From Podarcis muralis (taxonomy: Eukaryota): a stretch of 64,000 nt of DNA. Under the pieces are notes generated by a model, which had not been told where the DNA came from, made no database searches, and saw only the letters and a program-made list of their open reading frames with translations. Positions within the stretch are counted from its first letter, which is position 1. Each line of letters begins with the position of its first letter. The stretch is taken from the NCBI RefSeq assembly GCF_964188315.1, contig NC_135667.1:21638001-21702000 (forward strand), read 5' to 3'. Both the position numbers and the translations under genes were made by a program. Positions 22,753 through 36,179 of the stretch are shown here, one piece after another.

Positions 22753-22889
22753 CAGGGCTTTTTTTGCAGCTGAAACTCAGAAGAACTCAGTTCTGGCACC
22801 TCTCAGGTGTGCACCATTGCCAGTAAAAGAGAACAAGGGAGGAGTTTGTGGTGAGTTTCAGCACCTCTTTTTCTAGAAAAATAGCACAG
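22753..22889. mobile_element. hAT-type MITE
   Basis: Flanked by a near-perfect 8-bp TSD tgtaggac/ggtaggac; ends cagggcttttt / aaaatagcacag. Confidence 0.65.
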
Positions 22890-23908
22890 GGTAGGACAGA
22901 AAATGAAGCATGCACAGCAGTGGGGGCTGGGGACTAGTGGGATAGGAGCAGGGAGCCCAAACAATATGTGGAGCCTGAGTTAATGACTAACAGAGCCAGC
23001 TAATTCTAAAATGGTCCCCTGCTCCCTGCTGAGTTCTAGAAGAGCAAGAGGAAGCTGACAGCCAGTGGCACCCCATGGACTGGTTGGAAGTAAGATGATA
23101 GGCATATGTGGGCTTGCTGAGGGCAGATTGAGGTTGGTAGGGCAGTGGCCCATTTGGCCTAATGGACCAGCATTCACTGAGCTCTAGTCACCCCACACCC
23201 CTCGGCATCTGCCACCTGAACTGGCCATCTTACTCTGCCATGAGTACTTATTCCCAGGTAAGTCAAAGTAGGATTGCAGTGTTATTCAACTAAGAGAAAG
23301 AATACACATGCACACAGCTTACACTCTGCAGAACAACTACTGTAATAGCCTTTCTTTGGTGCTGACTACTAGCTGTATTTGCATAGGTTTTTTGAGTGAG
23401 TAAATATGCATAAATAAATAATCAGCTTCAGCAACACCGGACAAAAGCTTAATTGATACTTTTGTTCTGTATACTCAGTATGGCAAACAGGAAGAAAAAT
23501 AAATCTAGTCTCTGTTTGGTAGAGCAAAGAAATTGAAAGGAGGATAATTCTGCACTTACGGTTCACTTCAGTGCATGACTGAACCCTGCTTTTCTACGGG
23601 AGTATCCAAATCAGTAACTCAATTAAAGGGCAGCATCAAAATTTAACAAATCAATAATTAGAGGATTCCTCAAGGGTGCAGAAATATATTGATTGATCGG
23701 ACCCTTCATGGAAAGGTCCCATGATGGCTTACAACAATACAGAGATACAATATTAAAGTCAGTTAAAGCAATTAACAATCAGAAGAACAAGGTGGGTCCT
23801 GAAAATATATTTAGGTATCAGAGGCCAGGGCAAAGAGGTACATCTTTAGTGTTTGAATTGTATGTGCAAATTGTGAACTTGGTGGCATCAAGCCTATCAG
23901 TGAAATAG

Positions 23909-24150
23909 ACTAGAATCATAGAATCATAGAATCATAGAGTTGGAATAGACCACAAGGGCCATTGAGTCCAACCCCCTGCCAAGCAGGAAACACCATCAGA
24001 GCACTCCTGACATATGGTTGTCAAGCCTCTGCTTAAAGACCTCCAAAGAAGGAGACTCCACCACACTCCTTGGCAGCAAATTCCACTGTCGAACAGCTCT
24101 TACTGTCAGGAAGTTCTTCCTAATGTTTAGATGGAATCTTCTTTCTTGAC
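23909..24150 (-). mobile_element. CR1 LINE 3' end with (TAGAATCA)n tail
   Basis: RRFHLNIRKNFLTVRAVRQWNLLPRSVVESPSLEVFKQRLDNH and an octamer repeat tail. Confidence 0.9.
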
Positions 24151-25381
24151 TAACCACAGACAAAGTAGGGATTTTCACATACTTCCAAGATTCCCCCATT
24201 AAGCAGATAAGTTATAAGCATATGAAAATTAAAAGGTAGAAAAGCCCACCCCAAAGCAAAACAGCCACTTTCTTTCCCATTCTCCTTTCCTTCTCTTGGT
24301 ATTTCTCTCTCAACAATTGATACTCAACTTTATTGCAAGGGCTGGTAATATGCCCACTTGCCAGCCCGACATAAAAGAGTACGCCACAAACAACTGAGAT
24401 CAATCACACAGGAATGGATTCGATGTGTAATATACAATGTATAGGAAATAGTAAAATACAAATATGCTTTATTTTTCTTTTTATTTACATTAATGTTTAA
24501 TTTTTACAATAAAACCTCAACACGGAGGAGCTAGGCTTACAGTAACACTGAGAAGAAATCCCAAGGATATCCTTATTTTGAAACAATTACACCCACTCTA
24601 TACATTTAAAGCACTCTTCCGCCATTTTAATAGTAATGGAGAATCCTGGAAATCATAGCTTGGTAAGGGAGCTGGGGATTGTGGTTGTGTGGTGTCAGCA
24701 CCCTTAATAAACTACAGTTTCTCTGGGTACTTGAGGAACAACCCATATCTGTTAAAGTGGTATAAGAGTGTCTCAAACGGGTGGTGTGGATGCGCCCAGA
24801 AAACTACTCAATGTTCATTTCCCAATGAATTTATCAGTCTTCTTTCTAGAGAAGCACCTTGAAAGTGTCAGTTTACTCCTTCAGGTCATGTTCCACATTC
24901 TCCTAAACTGTGGATTTCCAAACTGTGGCCTGTGGACCACCAGTGGACTATGATATATTTTGAATGCTCTCTAGAGTATGATGTAGAAAGTGCCAAAAGA
25001 AGGTACTTCCTCAAAAGTATGTGTGTGACCCCCCCCCACAGAAAGTTGGTCCAGTTGCTCATTTTAATAATCCTGGATATTTCTGGGTACTTCTTTCAAC
25101 ATGTTCAGCAAAGCAAAATATACAGAAACTTTATATAAAGAGTAATAGCAAGAAAATATTCACAAATATTTATAAATACCATATAACAATTCTTTGATCA
25201 AGTACAAACAAGCAGAAGTATAAAATTATCTGAATTAACATTATAACATTGAACTGAAGATAAATTACAACCCCACTATTCTGGGCACCCTATTTCTTTG
25301 CGGCTTCTTGCCACATCGTTTAACACTTTCAACAGATTAAAAGAATATTGAGCTTTGCATCCAAAAGGTCTTAGGTTCAAT

Positions 25382-25765
25382 CAGGGGTGGAAGAAGGGGT
25401 GTGTGGTGGGGGTGGGCCACCCCGGGTGTCAACACTGGGTGTGTGTGTGACAAAATGCCAGGCAGCACTCACCATGGGGCCTGCAGCGTGCCCAAGCCAC
25501 GTGTCTCTCCTGGGAGTGATGCAGTGGCTTGGGCACCTGCAGGCTCCACGCTGCCCCAAATGGTCCACCCGCCGCCTCCCCCTCAGCTGTAGGGCGGCTG
25601 AGTGGGAGAAGGCAGGCAGATTCCTCAGAGGTCCCATGGAGCGTCCTGCCCTGGTTGGCCCCGCCCCGTGGGCAGCTGACCCCACCCCCATGGGCGGCTG
25701 GCCCTGCCTCTGGGCACAGAGCACGCATGCCACCCCAGTCGCCTGATTGGCTTGCTCCACCACTG
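25382..25765. mobile_element. GC-rich hAT-type MITE
   Basis: Perfect 8-bp TSD ggttcaat (25374-25381 and 25766-25773); TIR-like ends caggggtggaagaag / ttgctccaccactg; related inverted copy at 44157-44467. Confidence 0.85.
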
Positions 25766-26053
25766 GGTTCAATTCCCAGCATCTCCTGTCAGAACCTTGG
25801 AGAGCTACTGCCAGGCAGGGGTATAAAATCCTAAACTAGATGAACTGACAGTCTGTCTTGCTATAAGGCAGTGAGTGGCCTGTGTTCCTGTTGCGTCCCC
25901 AAACCAGACCCCTTGGTTCAATAAATTGTCAGAGCGTATAGGACTTAAATCACTACTGATCAGTAAAGCAATTTAAATGCACCTGTGCCCAAATTCTGAA
26001 CAAATTCCACATAACCCATCAGTAGATGGGCTGAAGGCAGAGAGAGGAGCATC

Positions 26054-26332
26054 TCATAGAAGGTTCAATGCAAAAAACACTAGGAGGAGTGTCACAACAG
26101 GGGAATTCTGTTCTCTGCCATTCACCTCACTTTTCCCACTTGTGGTCCCATCCTTTCCACACACCACAAAGGTCATATTGGGTATATGCTGGGAGATCCA
26201 AGTGGCATAAAAAGGGGTTGAAGAATAGACACCAGGGAGACCAGGGCGGCCACAGCCTATCCCCCAGCTCACAACCCCAGCCAGGACCCAATGTCCATCA
26301 CATGGGCAAGCCAAGGGTCCCCCGGAGTCACC
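26054..26332 (-). CDS. Paralogue C exon 6 (catalytic Ser and GPI-like tail)
   Basis: ctccacag|[58 protein letters not shown]. Confidence 0.95.
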   Translation of the reverse strand, partial: GDSGGPLACPCDGHWVLAGVVSWGIGCGRPGLPGVYSSTPFYATWISQHIPNMTFVVCGKDGTTSGKSEVNGREQNSPVVTLLLVFFALNLL

Positions 26333-27424
26333 CTGTGGAGAGAGAGATAGGAGTCAGTCCACAGTTACAGGAAGCCTCCTGAGAGTGGGTTTTGGAGACT
26401 GGTTTCAAAACAGATTATGCTTATTTCCTTTACAGATCTGTCCTCATGTATAGTTCAGGAACCATCTCCCAGCTAGACTAAGATAGTGAAGAAATGGCTA
26501 AGGTATGGAGGAGAAACAATGCACAAGGCTGAAATGACCAAATTTAAATTTCCCAAAACAATATGGGAACTGAAAGACGGCTATCTGTTGAAATTCGCAC
26601 ATATCTGAATTTTGTGATTCAGTTCTCCAACTAAACAATGTTAACAAAGACGCATATATTATTAAAATATTGCTTGCACAGGCATGTATATTAGTCAAAA
26701 CTGCATATGAAATTGTGTTTATTGGGAGAAATTCACACTAAAATGCCGAAATTGACAGATTCTTCTATCCCTGGTCCAGACTTTCAGTTTCAGTTTAATG
26801 AATATATAATGCAGCCCTGTAAATAAGTCTTCCAATGTTACTGGCCTGCAAAAATGTATGTTAGCTTGCTGTGGCCCTGCAAAAATGTATGCTTGCTGTG
26901 GGCCAGGAGAGGAGAGACAAACAGCTCAGTCCTTATCGCAGCAGCCCACTGCATTTTAACGCAGGAGACTACCTCCTCCAGCAGACCTCTTGGCTTCTAT
27001 GGTGGACACAGATTAGAGATGAAGCACCCTCTCTCTCCTCTGCCAGCCTGCTCACTAGCTTGCATGTAATGCCTTGCCACCTATGTCTACCACCCCACTG
27101 CTAAAATACAAGGCTGACATATTGCATTTCCACATCAGGTCTATTTAAGTAGGCCTGTACTCATCTTCTGAGAAGGCTACATTTCTGAACTGCTGGCCCT
27201 GTGAATAAAACCAAGACAAAGGATGGAAAAATCTGTGGCCTCCCAGCTGTTGTTGGACTCCAACTCCCATCAGCCCCAGCCAGCAGAGCCAATGATCAGG
27301 GGGGATGACAATGTCTGGAGGGCCACAGGTTCTCCATACCTGAGCTAGACCTTTGGAGCATGTCCCCTCCTTTTCTGGGGTGCTCCTGCCCACCACAGCC
27401 AACCACACTTATGGAGCATCCTAC

Positions 27425-27594
27425 CTGGCAGGAATCTTTGCCCCCTTCTTGGTAGCCAGCACAGATCATACCAGGGCCGACCGGGTTATGGAGTTGCGGT
27501 TCATGTTGGGTAGCGTTGAAGAGAGAATTGCATTTTTCTCGGTCTATGAGTGGCACTTTCACTTCCTGGAGGGTTAGTGGGGGTGGCAATTCCA
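27425..27594 (-). CDS. Paralogue C exon 5
   Basis: ttacag|..ELPPPLTLQEVKVPLIDREKCNSLF..GMICAGYQEGGKDSCQ|gtaggt; 170 nt. Confidence 0.95.
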
Positions 27595-28329
27595 CTGTAA
27601 GAGGAAGCAAATGTATCATTAGGGATGTGATCAGGTGGATAGCCACCCATCCCAATTATATCTCTTACCCCAATGTATACTCTAATAGCTGCCTATTTTA
27701 CACTGTCCATTCTGCATTTAATATAGACGGAGGAAGGCAAAAGCAAATAGTGACTGCGTCCATCTCCCCTGACCACTGGTTTCTGAGATATCACAAAGCA
27801 CTGCCCAGACATGTGCGGAACTTTACAGCATACAGAGAAAGAAATCTGCATTTTAACATCAATTCCTGATAAAAAACCAGGCACAATAATAAGGTATGAT
27901 TAAGTGGCCAGCTGATTGCCTTTTCCTTCTGCTCTGCTTATAGAAATGTATAAGAGGGTTCACTTTCACCATCTACTGGTGAGAAAAGTGGTAGCACTGT
28001 TAGCTTCCAGACTGTTGTGAAACTCTAATTTGGAGAAGGAGGAACCTGTGACCCTCTGGAAGTTGTTCAACTACAACTTCCACCATCCCCTACCCTTGGC
28101 TCCATCCATTTTCCAAGGGGAGAAGGTGTGCTGGGAAGTTGCATGCTTGGATTTCAAACCTTGCCTCCTCATATGTCCTATTCATCTGTAGTTACTTTGT
28201 GGTTAATAAAAGCAGCAATGAGTCTTGAAGCACCTTAATGACTAACACATTTATTATGGCATAAGCTTCTGTGGACAATTCCATAAAAGCTTATGGCATA
28301 AATATATTTGCTAGTTTTCAAAGTGCTGC

Positions 28330-28332
<3 letters not shown>

Positions 28333-28396
<64 letters not shown>

Positions 28397-28398
28397 TT
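28333..28398. repeat. Compound microsatellite (CT)n(GT)n
   Basis: Seen directly in the sequence. Confidence 0.95.
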
Positions 28399-29491
28399 TG
28401 CTGCAACAAAGTAACATGATCACACTATCAAAAGGCACTCTGTCTCACAGACATTCTGTCTCACAGACATTCTTTCTAATGCATGGCTCTGAAGGCCATT
28501 TTTCTACCATTACAAGGCAGCCCGGAAGTTGAGCTCTGGCCTGGCCTGGCTCAAATTCAGGCCTGTAGATACCATCTCACTGCTTTAATGACATACCCTC
28601 CAACATGTTGAGTCCAAAAACCGGGATACATGTCTTCCCAGCTGTGCTCCTGTGCGAGTCACGTGACCTGCATGAGATCACGGAGCCCAAAAGACATGCT
28701 TTATTCAGGGCTCTGCTGTCACACAATCGCCTGACACCCCAAAATGCATGTTTTGGGGCACTGCATGATATCATGGACCTGAAAAAGCACTTCTTTCAGG
28801 GAGTGATCATGGTGCGAAATCATGCAAGATTATGGAACCCAAATGTGCTCTCACAGGACAAAACAGGAAGTACTGTTTTTTCCCAGGACACTTGTCGGGT
28901 ATGTAATGGCTGCACCAGATAACATAGTGGTGGTCGGTGTGAGTTGCATTCTCGGATTAGTTCCCTTTACTGCCTTCCTGTTCACTCTCAGGTCCAGCAA
29001 AAACTCTTTGTCTTCAAAGTAATCCATGGTCTTGTTGTCCTGCTTTTGATGTTTCTCTCCTCATACCCAGCCTGAGGCCCTAACTATTCATGGTTTGCAG
29101 GTATTTATAACCCTTAGGGGTAGGATCTTTTTACAGTGGCCCCTTGTCTCTGCAATACTTTACCATCTAAGATCCATTAGGCCTCAGCACTGGGCTGATT
29201 GGAGGTTGTGATGCTTTCCAGATGTTGTGGACTATAACTCCCATCAGCCCAATACATTATTGTCCATGGTCAGGGATGATGGGAATTACAGTGGACAACT
29301 TCTGGAAGGCACCTCCTTGGCTACTCCTGGCTGCAAATCATACCCGCCTCCATCCTCCAGCATTTCAACTGCATCATCCAGCATCTTCCACCTGAGCCAG
29401 CTTGCCCTATAAAAGTGCAGTGTACATTGCTGGCATGAAAGTAAACAGAGCTTGAAGGAGAACCTCAAAAAGCACTTCTCCATCTCCTCAC

Positions 29492-29766
29492 CTCCAGGTT
29501 GAATATCTCCCCATCCAGTCACATAGCAGCTTTCTTCCATTGAGAACTTTGCAGAGGTCTCTGGCAAGCAGATGGGAAGAATGTACTTGGTGAAACTCAC
29601 AGGGGACTTCAGCTCTACTAAAGCAATATCCCCTCTGGAGCTATCACTGTCATAGGTGGGATGGAGGATAATCTGTTGGATATCAGATGTTACTGTGTTA
29701 CTTGAAGTGTTCAGGAGCTGATAGGCACCCAGCACTACATCAGAATGGGTAGTTTGGCTCTTGATG
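29492..29766 (-). CDS. Paralogue C exon 4 (catalytic Asp)
   Basis: ccactgacag|..DVVLGAYQL..IILHPTY..RGDIALVELKSPVSFTKYILPICLP..CYVTGWGDIQPG|gtgagg; 275 nt. Confidence 0.95.
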
Positions 29767-31175
29767 CTGTCAGTGGAAAAAAAAAACAAGAGCAAAATGC
29801 AACAAGATCTTTGCCAAACTGGTCTCCAAGAGGTGAGTGCCCTTAGACCTTGTAATTCAGTCTCATGTGAACATGGCTAGTTTATTTTTTTAAAAAATAT
29901 TTTATTAAGTTTTCTTCCAAACAGTCAGAAATATACAGAATAAAGAAAAAAGAAAACATGACTAGTTTAAAGGGGAGACTAGGGCCATAGCAACACAGTG
30001 GAGAAAAGGTCATAGCTCTTTCCAAGCAGAGGACCCCAGGTTGACCCCTCCATGTCTCCAGACAAGTCATTAGCACCCATTCATTTTTGCTTTCCCTCTG
30101 GGTTTTTAAAAATTGTGCATAAGCATAAGTCCTTGCCATTTCTTGCAACCAGTCTATAGGGCAGGGATGGGGAACCTTTGGTCCTCCAGATGCTGGACTT
30201 AAACTCACAACATCTCTGGCCACTGAGCACATGGGATGGGGCTGATGGGAGTAGGAGCCCAACAATATCTGCAGGGCCATTGGTTTACATCCCTGACCAT
30301 TGGCAAGTCACCTTGTTCTCTTTATCTCCAAGAGGGAGCTACTGGCATAATTTCTGACGTGTTTTGTTATTTTAGTGCCCTCCCAAATCAGGTGGTCAGC
30401 AGATATCAGATGACACTATAATACAAAAGTGGAGATGAGCACCACACCCCATAGTCAAATCTGACTGGATTTAACCGTCCAGGGTTCCTTTACCTTAATG
30501 GCATTCAACTTGAGCCTATAAAGTTTGTGATTTGAGTATGGCTCTGGAGTTTGAACAATTTACTGCTCGGGCATAGACAGAACTATGCTTGTCAGTGCAT
30601 GCTTGTCTCCATTTGCATGTTTTAAAATATGCAATATGCATTCAGAGCTGCATGGCTTGAATGCAGCCTACTGTACAAAGGTGAAAGCTGCTGCTGTTGC
30701 TCCACTGACATTCATCTCTGGCCCCAACCACCTCCAGGCTGAAAAAGATCCCCCAGCCCCAATCTATACCTTCTGCCAGCTATCTGCTTCCTTTAACTTT
30801 ATTATTCATTGCTCTGTCAGGCTCTGCTTTGGCAAGGCCAAGGCACTGAGTAGCTGTTAGGCCAGCCATGGGCAGTCATTCTGGGCCAATGGGCACATTG
30901 GGAATGTTGAGAAAGTGCTTGGGTGCTAGTCACAAAATGGCTGCTCTGGGCTGTGAGGTACAAAACAAAATGGTCACCACATCTATAAGAGACAGGAGAT
31001 GTTATTTGCTGTGACCTTTTGTGGATGCCATAGGGCAAACTGGCAGGGACACTGGTGCCTGTGGGTGTCACATTGATGCCCTCTGTGTTAGACATAAAAT
31101 ATTAGTTTGGCCTTGCAGCTGCCTCTAGAGTAAAACTGAATGATGCCTTCACAGCCAAGTACACTAGAAACTTAC

Positions 31176-31338
31176 TTAGGGAAGCAGTGAGCTGCCGACA
31201 GGACCCACTTCTCGGCTATGAGGGCACCTCCACAAATAGGTTGGTCCCGATATAAAATGCTGACTTGCCAGGGCCATGACAGCCCATCAGAGGGAGCTGG
31301 TTCACCCCCCATAATTCGTTGAGCTGGCTTTCCACAAA
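31176..31338 (-). CDS. Paralogue C exon 3 (activation site and catalytic His)
   Basis: ttccacag|[46 protein letters not shown]|gtaagt; 163 nt. Confidence 0.95.
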
Positions 31339-31759
31339 CTGTGGAAGAAGGAAAGAGGTTTTAAAAAGATAGGTCACAATAACACCAGCACTGAAGCACA
31401 TCCGGAAACAAACATAAAAAGCCTTGCCTGAAACAAAAACCAAATATTTGTATGCGACCTTTTAAAGAACATTTCCAGTTATTGATAATGGTTTCCAGTC
31501 AATCATATTTAGAGCCATAGTGCCTCTAACTGCAGCAAGGCTGCTCACCATATATTGAAGCAATTGAAGCAATATTCAGTTTATTTATTTATTAAGTATA
31601 TTTCTAAATCCGCCTTGAGGCTCCTGTTTAACAATAGGTCTGCATGATCATTAGGTTTATAGCAGCCCTACATTTTGATGAGACTTCCCTTTGGTTCAGC
31701 CCATCCATGAGCCTGTGAAATTGCTGAGTAGGAAAGACAAAATATACAGGGGTTCCTAC

Positions 31760-31780
31760 CTGCTTCAGAGCTGGCAGCAT
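31760..31780 (-). CDS. Paralogue C exon 2 (21-nt micro-exon)
   Basis: ttttctacag|ATGCTGCCAGCTCTGAAGCAG|gtagga; encodes (D)AASSEA. Confidence 0.8.
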
Positions 31781-32089
31781 CTGTAGAAAACCAAAATTAA
31801 GGGAAAACATTTCAGTTTTTCATATAAGAGACACTGAAGCACAAATACTGAAAAACAGGTGCCTATGTAGGAGAAAGAGGAAGAGGCCCAGGTTACAATC
31901 TGTTACCAATGTATTTTTTTAAAAAAGAATACAGCTCTGTATTGTGACACATATGTTATGAGTATATTTTCCTAGCCAAATTGGTAGAGCTTATTACAGG
32001 GCTTAATTTGAACAGAGACTCAGCGGGACTTTAGCTCTGGAGCATGCTTCTAACACCAAGACTCTATCTTGAAGCATGTTAAGTATTTT

Positions 32090-32103
32090 ATGTAAGTAAG
32101 TAC

Positions 32104-32146
<43 letters not shown>
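32090..32146. repeat. (TAAG)n microsatellite
   Basis: Seen directly in the sequence. Confidence 0.9.
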
Positions 32147-33217
32147 GTTTTGCATAGTTATCAAATGTCAGCCTCGTACATACTAGGGGGCAATAGCCCT
32201 CAACTCATTTACCTGAGGTACCACCTTCCAGCCTACCATTTTCCTCTGTGCCACAGGACTAAATCTGATCTGCTTCCTCAGCTGCAGTGGAAGGGTGTGA
32301 ACCTATGGCCAGTGTTGAAATAAAATTTGGCTGCCAGTTCAGTTGGTTTCTTTATGTGGAATAAGGAGGCGGCACCATCTTGTTCTTTGCCTCAGGTGGT
32401 TACATGTCTTGGGCCAACCTTGGGCCCAGTGAAGGCTAATTGTCTGTTGCCAAGTACTACCATGAGCCAAAAAAACACACCTTCCACACACATACACACA
32501 TCAAGTCAGCTATAACACAGTGAAAGATGATCCAGAACAACTAGAACATTAATGAAAACAGAGTCTTGGATTTCAAATCCTGCTAGTCCAACTTGTCAAA
32601 GAGAAAGAGCCATAGGTAAGCCAAATGAGCACACCTTAGAGTAGAAGGGGGTGGGGGAGTGAGGACCAGCTTTGGTTAAGCAATCCTGTCATTTTTCAAC
32701 CAAGAATCACTATCCAGGTTCACTAGTAATGCTAAACTAGTTAAGCCAACATCAAACCACAGTTTGCTAACAAACCATAGTTGAACATTACATGAGAACA
32801 AGGCCACTATCTGCTGACATACATTTGTCTCCCTAGCGGAAAGGAAGATGAGTTCCACTTGAAAGGCCAGTGTGTGAGAAACTCCTTTGTTTGCACTTAT
32901 AAACCATGCATCTCCTTTTTTGGCTTAGTGCTTCTCCTACTCCCATTTTAACTCCCCTGAGAAGCGACTGCTTCTCTCATCCTCAATTACCTTCCCTCCA
33001 TTGTTTCCCCACACCACAGAAGCCAACTTCTAGGGACCAGGGTCCCTTCAGCCACCCCATAAAATATTTGAGGGGGCCACCTCATTTCTCAAGTTGATGG
33101 GCATTGCCATTCAAATGGTGTCTGTGCACTGAGTCTTGTGATTGATTATGCAGGGCGGGGCTTACCTGGGTCCCCAATATTTTCAAGCTGGCACCCCTGC
33201 CTCACACCATCACTCAC

Positions 33218-33278
33218 CTTGTAGCAGCACAGGCAGTAGAAGCAGCCACACAGCTAACGAGAAGGGCACCATTGACAT
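33218..33278 (-). CDS. Paralogue C exon 1 (signal peptide)
   Basis: MSMVPFSLAVWLLLLPVLLQ-|gtgagt; phase 1. Confidence 0.85.
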
Positions 33279-34117
33279 TGTGGTTGCTGCTTCTGTAATC
33301 CTGCTCTGAAGTGTCTCCTGAGTGGTTCTGCTCTGAGTCCAAGCAACAAATCCTCTGCTTCAGTCTCAATTCTTTTGTTATCTGTGCTGCAAAATGTAAT
33401 ATCAATGGCAAAAAAGTATTTCCCCAGAATCCTCTTGGTATCAGCAGGATGGCAAATCCTTGATCTCCCCTTGTATCTGGGATCTTCTATCTTCACCAGC
33501 TGTTGTGTTGCTAGACTTGCTGGTAGAGCTCAGTTGACCTTAATAGATGCACAGCATAATGATGATGTTGATGACTTAAGTTCCAGTTATCGTTGATTAT
33601 GATAATACTTATTTAGTGTTATCAATATGCACGGCACTTTTACAAAGTGCAAGGCGGCCTGTTTCGACCCCATGGAACCTACAGGGCAGCATTCAATCTT
33701 ATGCTGGCAAATTTAGGTTGTACAATTAAAGTGGATTTGGAGCCCTTGTAGAAAGAGCCACTTCCCTCCCAAAACCGAGCTTTTTTGCAGTAAGGAATGC
33801 AATGGGATAACTTTTTTTCTGGTGATAAAGAAAGTAACAGGATACAAAAGGCCCTGGGAAGTGTGGGATAACAACTGCTTGATGCAACATCGTCTAACCT
33901 CCCCAGAAACAAATTTAGAATGAATGCTCAATAAGTAGCTGATGCCATCTAATCTCCTCCTCACAAACTTCATTCAAATGTATCAGGATGAATGCTCAAA
34001 TAAACAGGTTACCTCTGAAAGTGAGCTTACCTGGGGAGTAACGTGAACACTGAAAGATTACAAAGCTAGCAACTCACTATAAAACTGTTAATATCCCCAA
34101 AGGCAAAAGCTAGAGGC

Positions 34118-34197
34118 ACTGAGTGCCTGGCGTGCTCTGGTCCATGGGGTCACGAAGAGTCGGACACGACTAAACGGCTAAACAACAACAACAACAA
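34118..34197 (+). mobile_element. RTE-BovB 3' tail
   Basis: gtgctctggtccatggggtcacgaagagtcggacacgactaaacg followed by (aac)n. Confidence 0.8.
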
Positions 34198-34845
34198 AGG
34201 GGCACTGTTTTTTCAAGGGTAGATACAAGGAAAGAGAGTTGCCAGTCTTTTCCTTAAAGCAGAGGATATTACTTCCCTCCCATAGCTGCAGTAGAGCCCA
34301 TGATCATATCTTAACAGTCCTCTGACCATAAGAGCAATAAAGCTCTATGGAACTGCTTCATAACCCCTTTCTTGGCTGTGGAGCAAGTCTGTGAATTAAT
34401 ATACAACCTGAAGATGCTGTTTCACCTTTATACAAATAGGTTTTTGGCTCATGCTTTGAAGTGGTAGGAGTTGATTCTGGAAATAGCGCACACATCTGTT
34501 AAGCACAACCCTGTTGAAACCCCTTAGACTATCCTCCCACGCCTCTGAAAGTCCTGCAAGGGTAGGTGTGCTGAAGCTTTGGCCAACCTGATGTTGCTGA
34601 ATAAAAAACTTCCACTATCCCTGGCCATTGACTAATGAGAGTTGTAGTTCAGCAGCATTTGGAGGGCCAAAGACTCTCAACTGCTGTGCTAGGGCCTAAG
34701 CAGACATTCCCATGGGAAACGTGGGATTGGATACCCTTGTGTATATTTAATAAATCCATATAGTAGAGATACATTTGTCCCTCTCCAGCTAAGAGCAGCT
34801 TAAGAAGGGAGGAGTGATTTGCAAAGGGGTACCACAGAATGTTAG

Positions 34846-35201
34846 GGACACGGGTGGCGCTGTGGGTAAAAGCCTCAGCGCCTAGGGCTTGCTGATCGAA
34901 AGGTCGGTGGTTCGAATCCCCGCAGCGGGGTGCGCTCCCATTGTTCGGTCCCAGCGCCTGCCAACCTAGCAGTTCGAAAGCACTCCCGGGTGCAAGTAGA
35001 TAAATAGGGACCGCTTTATAGCGGGAAGGTAAACGGCGTTTCCGTGTGCGGCTCTGGCTCGCCAGAGCAGCGATGTCACACTGGTCATGTGACCCGGAAG
35101 TGTCTCTGGACAGCGCTGGCCCCTGGCCTCTTGAGTGAGATGGGCGCACAACCCTAGAGTCTGTCAAGACTGGCCCGTACGGGCAGGGGTTCCTTTACCT
35201 T
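34846..35201 (+). mobile_element. Full-length Sauria SINE with TSD
   Basis: 16-bp TSD taccacagaatgttag (34830-34845 and 35202-35217). Confidence 0.95.
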
Positions 35202-35469
35202 TACCACAGAATGTTAGTGTTGGAAAGTACCATGATGGCCATGTGGTCTAACCTAAGGTTACCAGATATCCCCGTTTCCCAGGGGACAGTCCCTGGATTT
35301 ACAACTCAGTCCCCATACAAAACCCATTGAAGTTGAAAAAAAATCTAGTAACTTAGTCTAACCCCCTACTCCAAAGCATAAAGCATCTACAGGCTGTCAC
35401 TCATCCCTGTATGAACCTCTAGCAAAGAACAAAGAACCGCCTGATCCCTCCTGAGGAAGTCAGCTCCAC

Positions 35470-35930
35470 TGTGGAACAGATCTTACTCTTAAGAAGTTGC
35501 ATTTCCACCCATTGGTTCTAGGCTTGTCCTCCTCCTCAGCAGAGAACAAATCTGGCCCAATTTCTGCACGATAACCCTTCGGACATTTGAAGACCACCAC
35601 CACGGCTCCCCTGAATCTTCTCTTCTCCAGGCTAAACATACCAAGCACTTTCAACCATTCCTCACAGGATTTGGTTTCCAGACATCTCACTATCCTCACT
35701 GTTCTCCTCAGGGCACCTGGTGTAGGGGGAAATGGCTGGGCTCCACCTTCCCACCCATGCTGCGGCTGCTTTTAGAAGAAGAAAATGATGTGGGGTGATC
35801 CAAGCATAGATCCCCCATGTAATATTAGAATCATAGAATTGTAGAGTTGCAAGGCACCCCAAGGGTCATCCAGTCCAACCCCCTCCATTGCAGGAATATC
35901 AGCGTAAGATGGCCATCCAACTTCTGCTAA
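35470..35930 (-). mobile_element. CR1 LINE 3' fragments
   Basis: CEEWLKVLGMFSLEKRRFRG..FKCPKG..DLFS is CR1-like ORF2, with a CR1 tail at 35824-35930. Confidence 0.75.
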
Positions 35931-35961
35931 AAAAAATGCAGGAGAGTACACTGCCTTCCAG

Positions 35962-36165
35962 GGATGCGGGTGACATTGTGGTCTAAACCACAGAGCCTAG
36001 GGCTTGCCGATCAGAAGGTCAGCGGTTCGAATCCCCGTGACGGGGTGAGCTCCCGTTGCTTGGTCCCTGCTCCTGCCAACCTAGCAGTTCAAAAGCACAC
36101 AGTGCAAGTAGATAAATAGGTACTGCAGGAAGGTAAACGGCGTTTCCGTGCGCTGCTCTGGTTTG
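35962..36165 (+). mobile_element. Sauria SINE, 3'-truncated
   Basis: ctaaaccacagagcctagggcttgccgatcagaaggtc..cggcgtttccgtgcgctgctctgg. Confidence 0.85.
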
Positions 36166-36179
36166 GTACCATCTCTGAA

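Noticed and set aside
25377-25834. Multiple overlapping 100-130 aa ORFs (similar sets at 44133-44557 and 47678-48204)
   Set aside because: They fall inside GC-rich hAT-type MITEs and show no protein motifs or splice context
30817-31095. 92-aa minus-strand ORF preceded by an AG in intron 3 of C
   Set aside because: It has no protease homology, and exons 3 and 4 already join in frame with family-typical sizes; it is likely a repeat remnant
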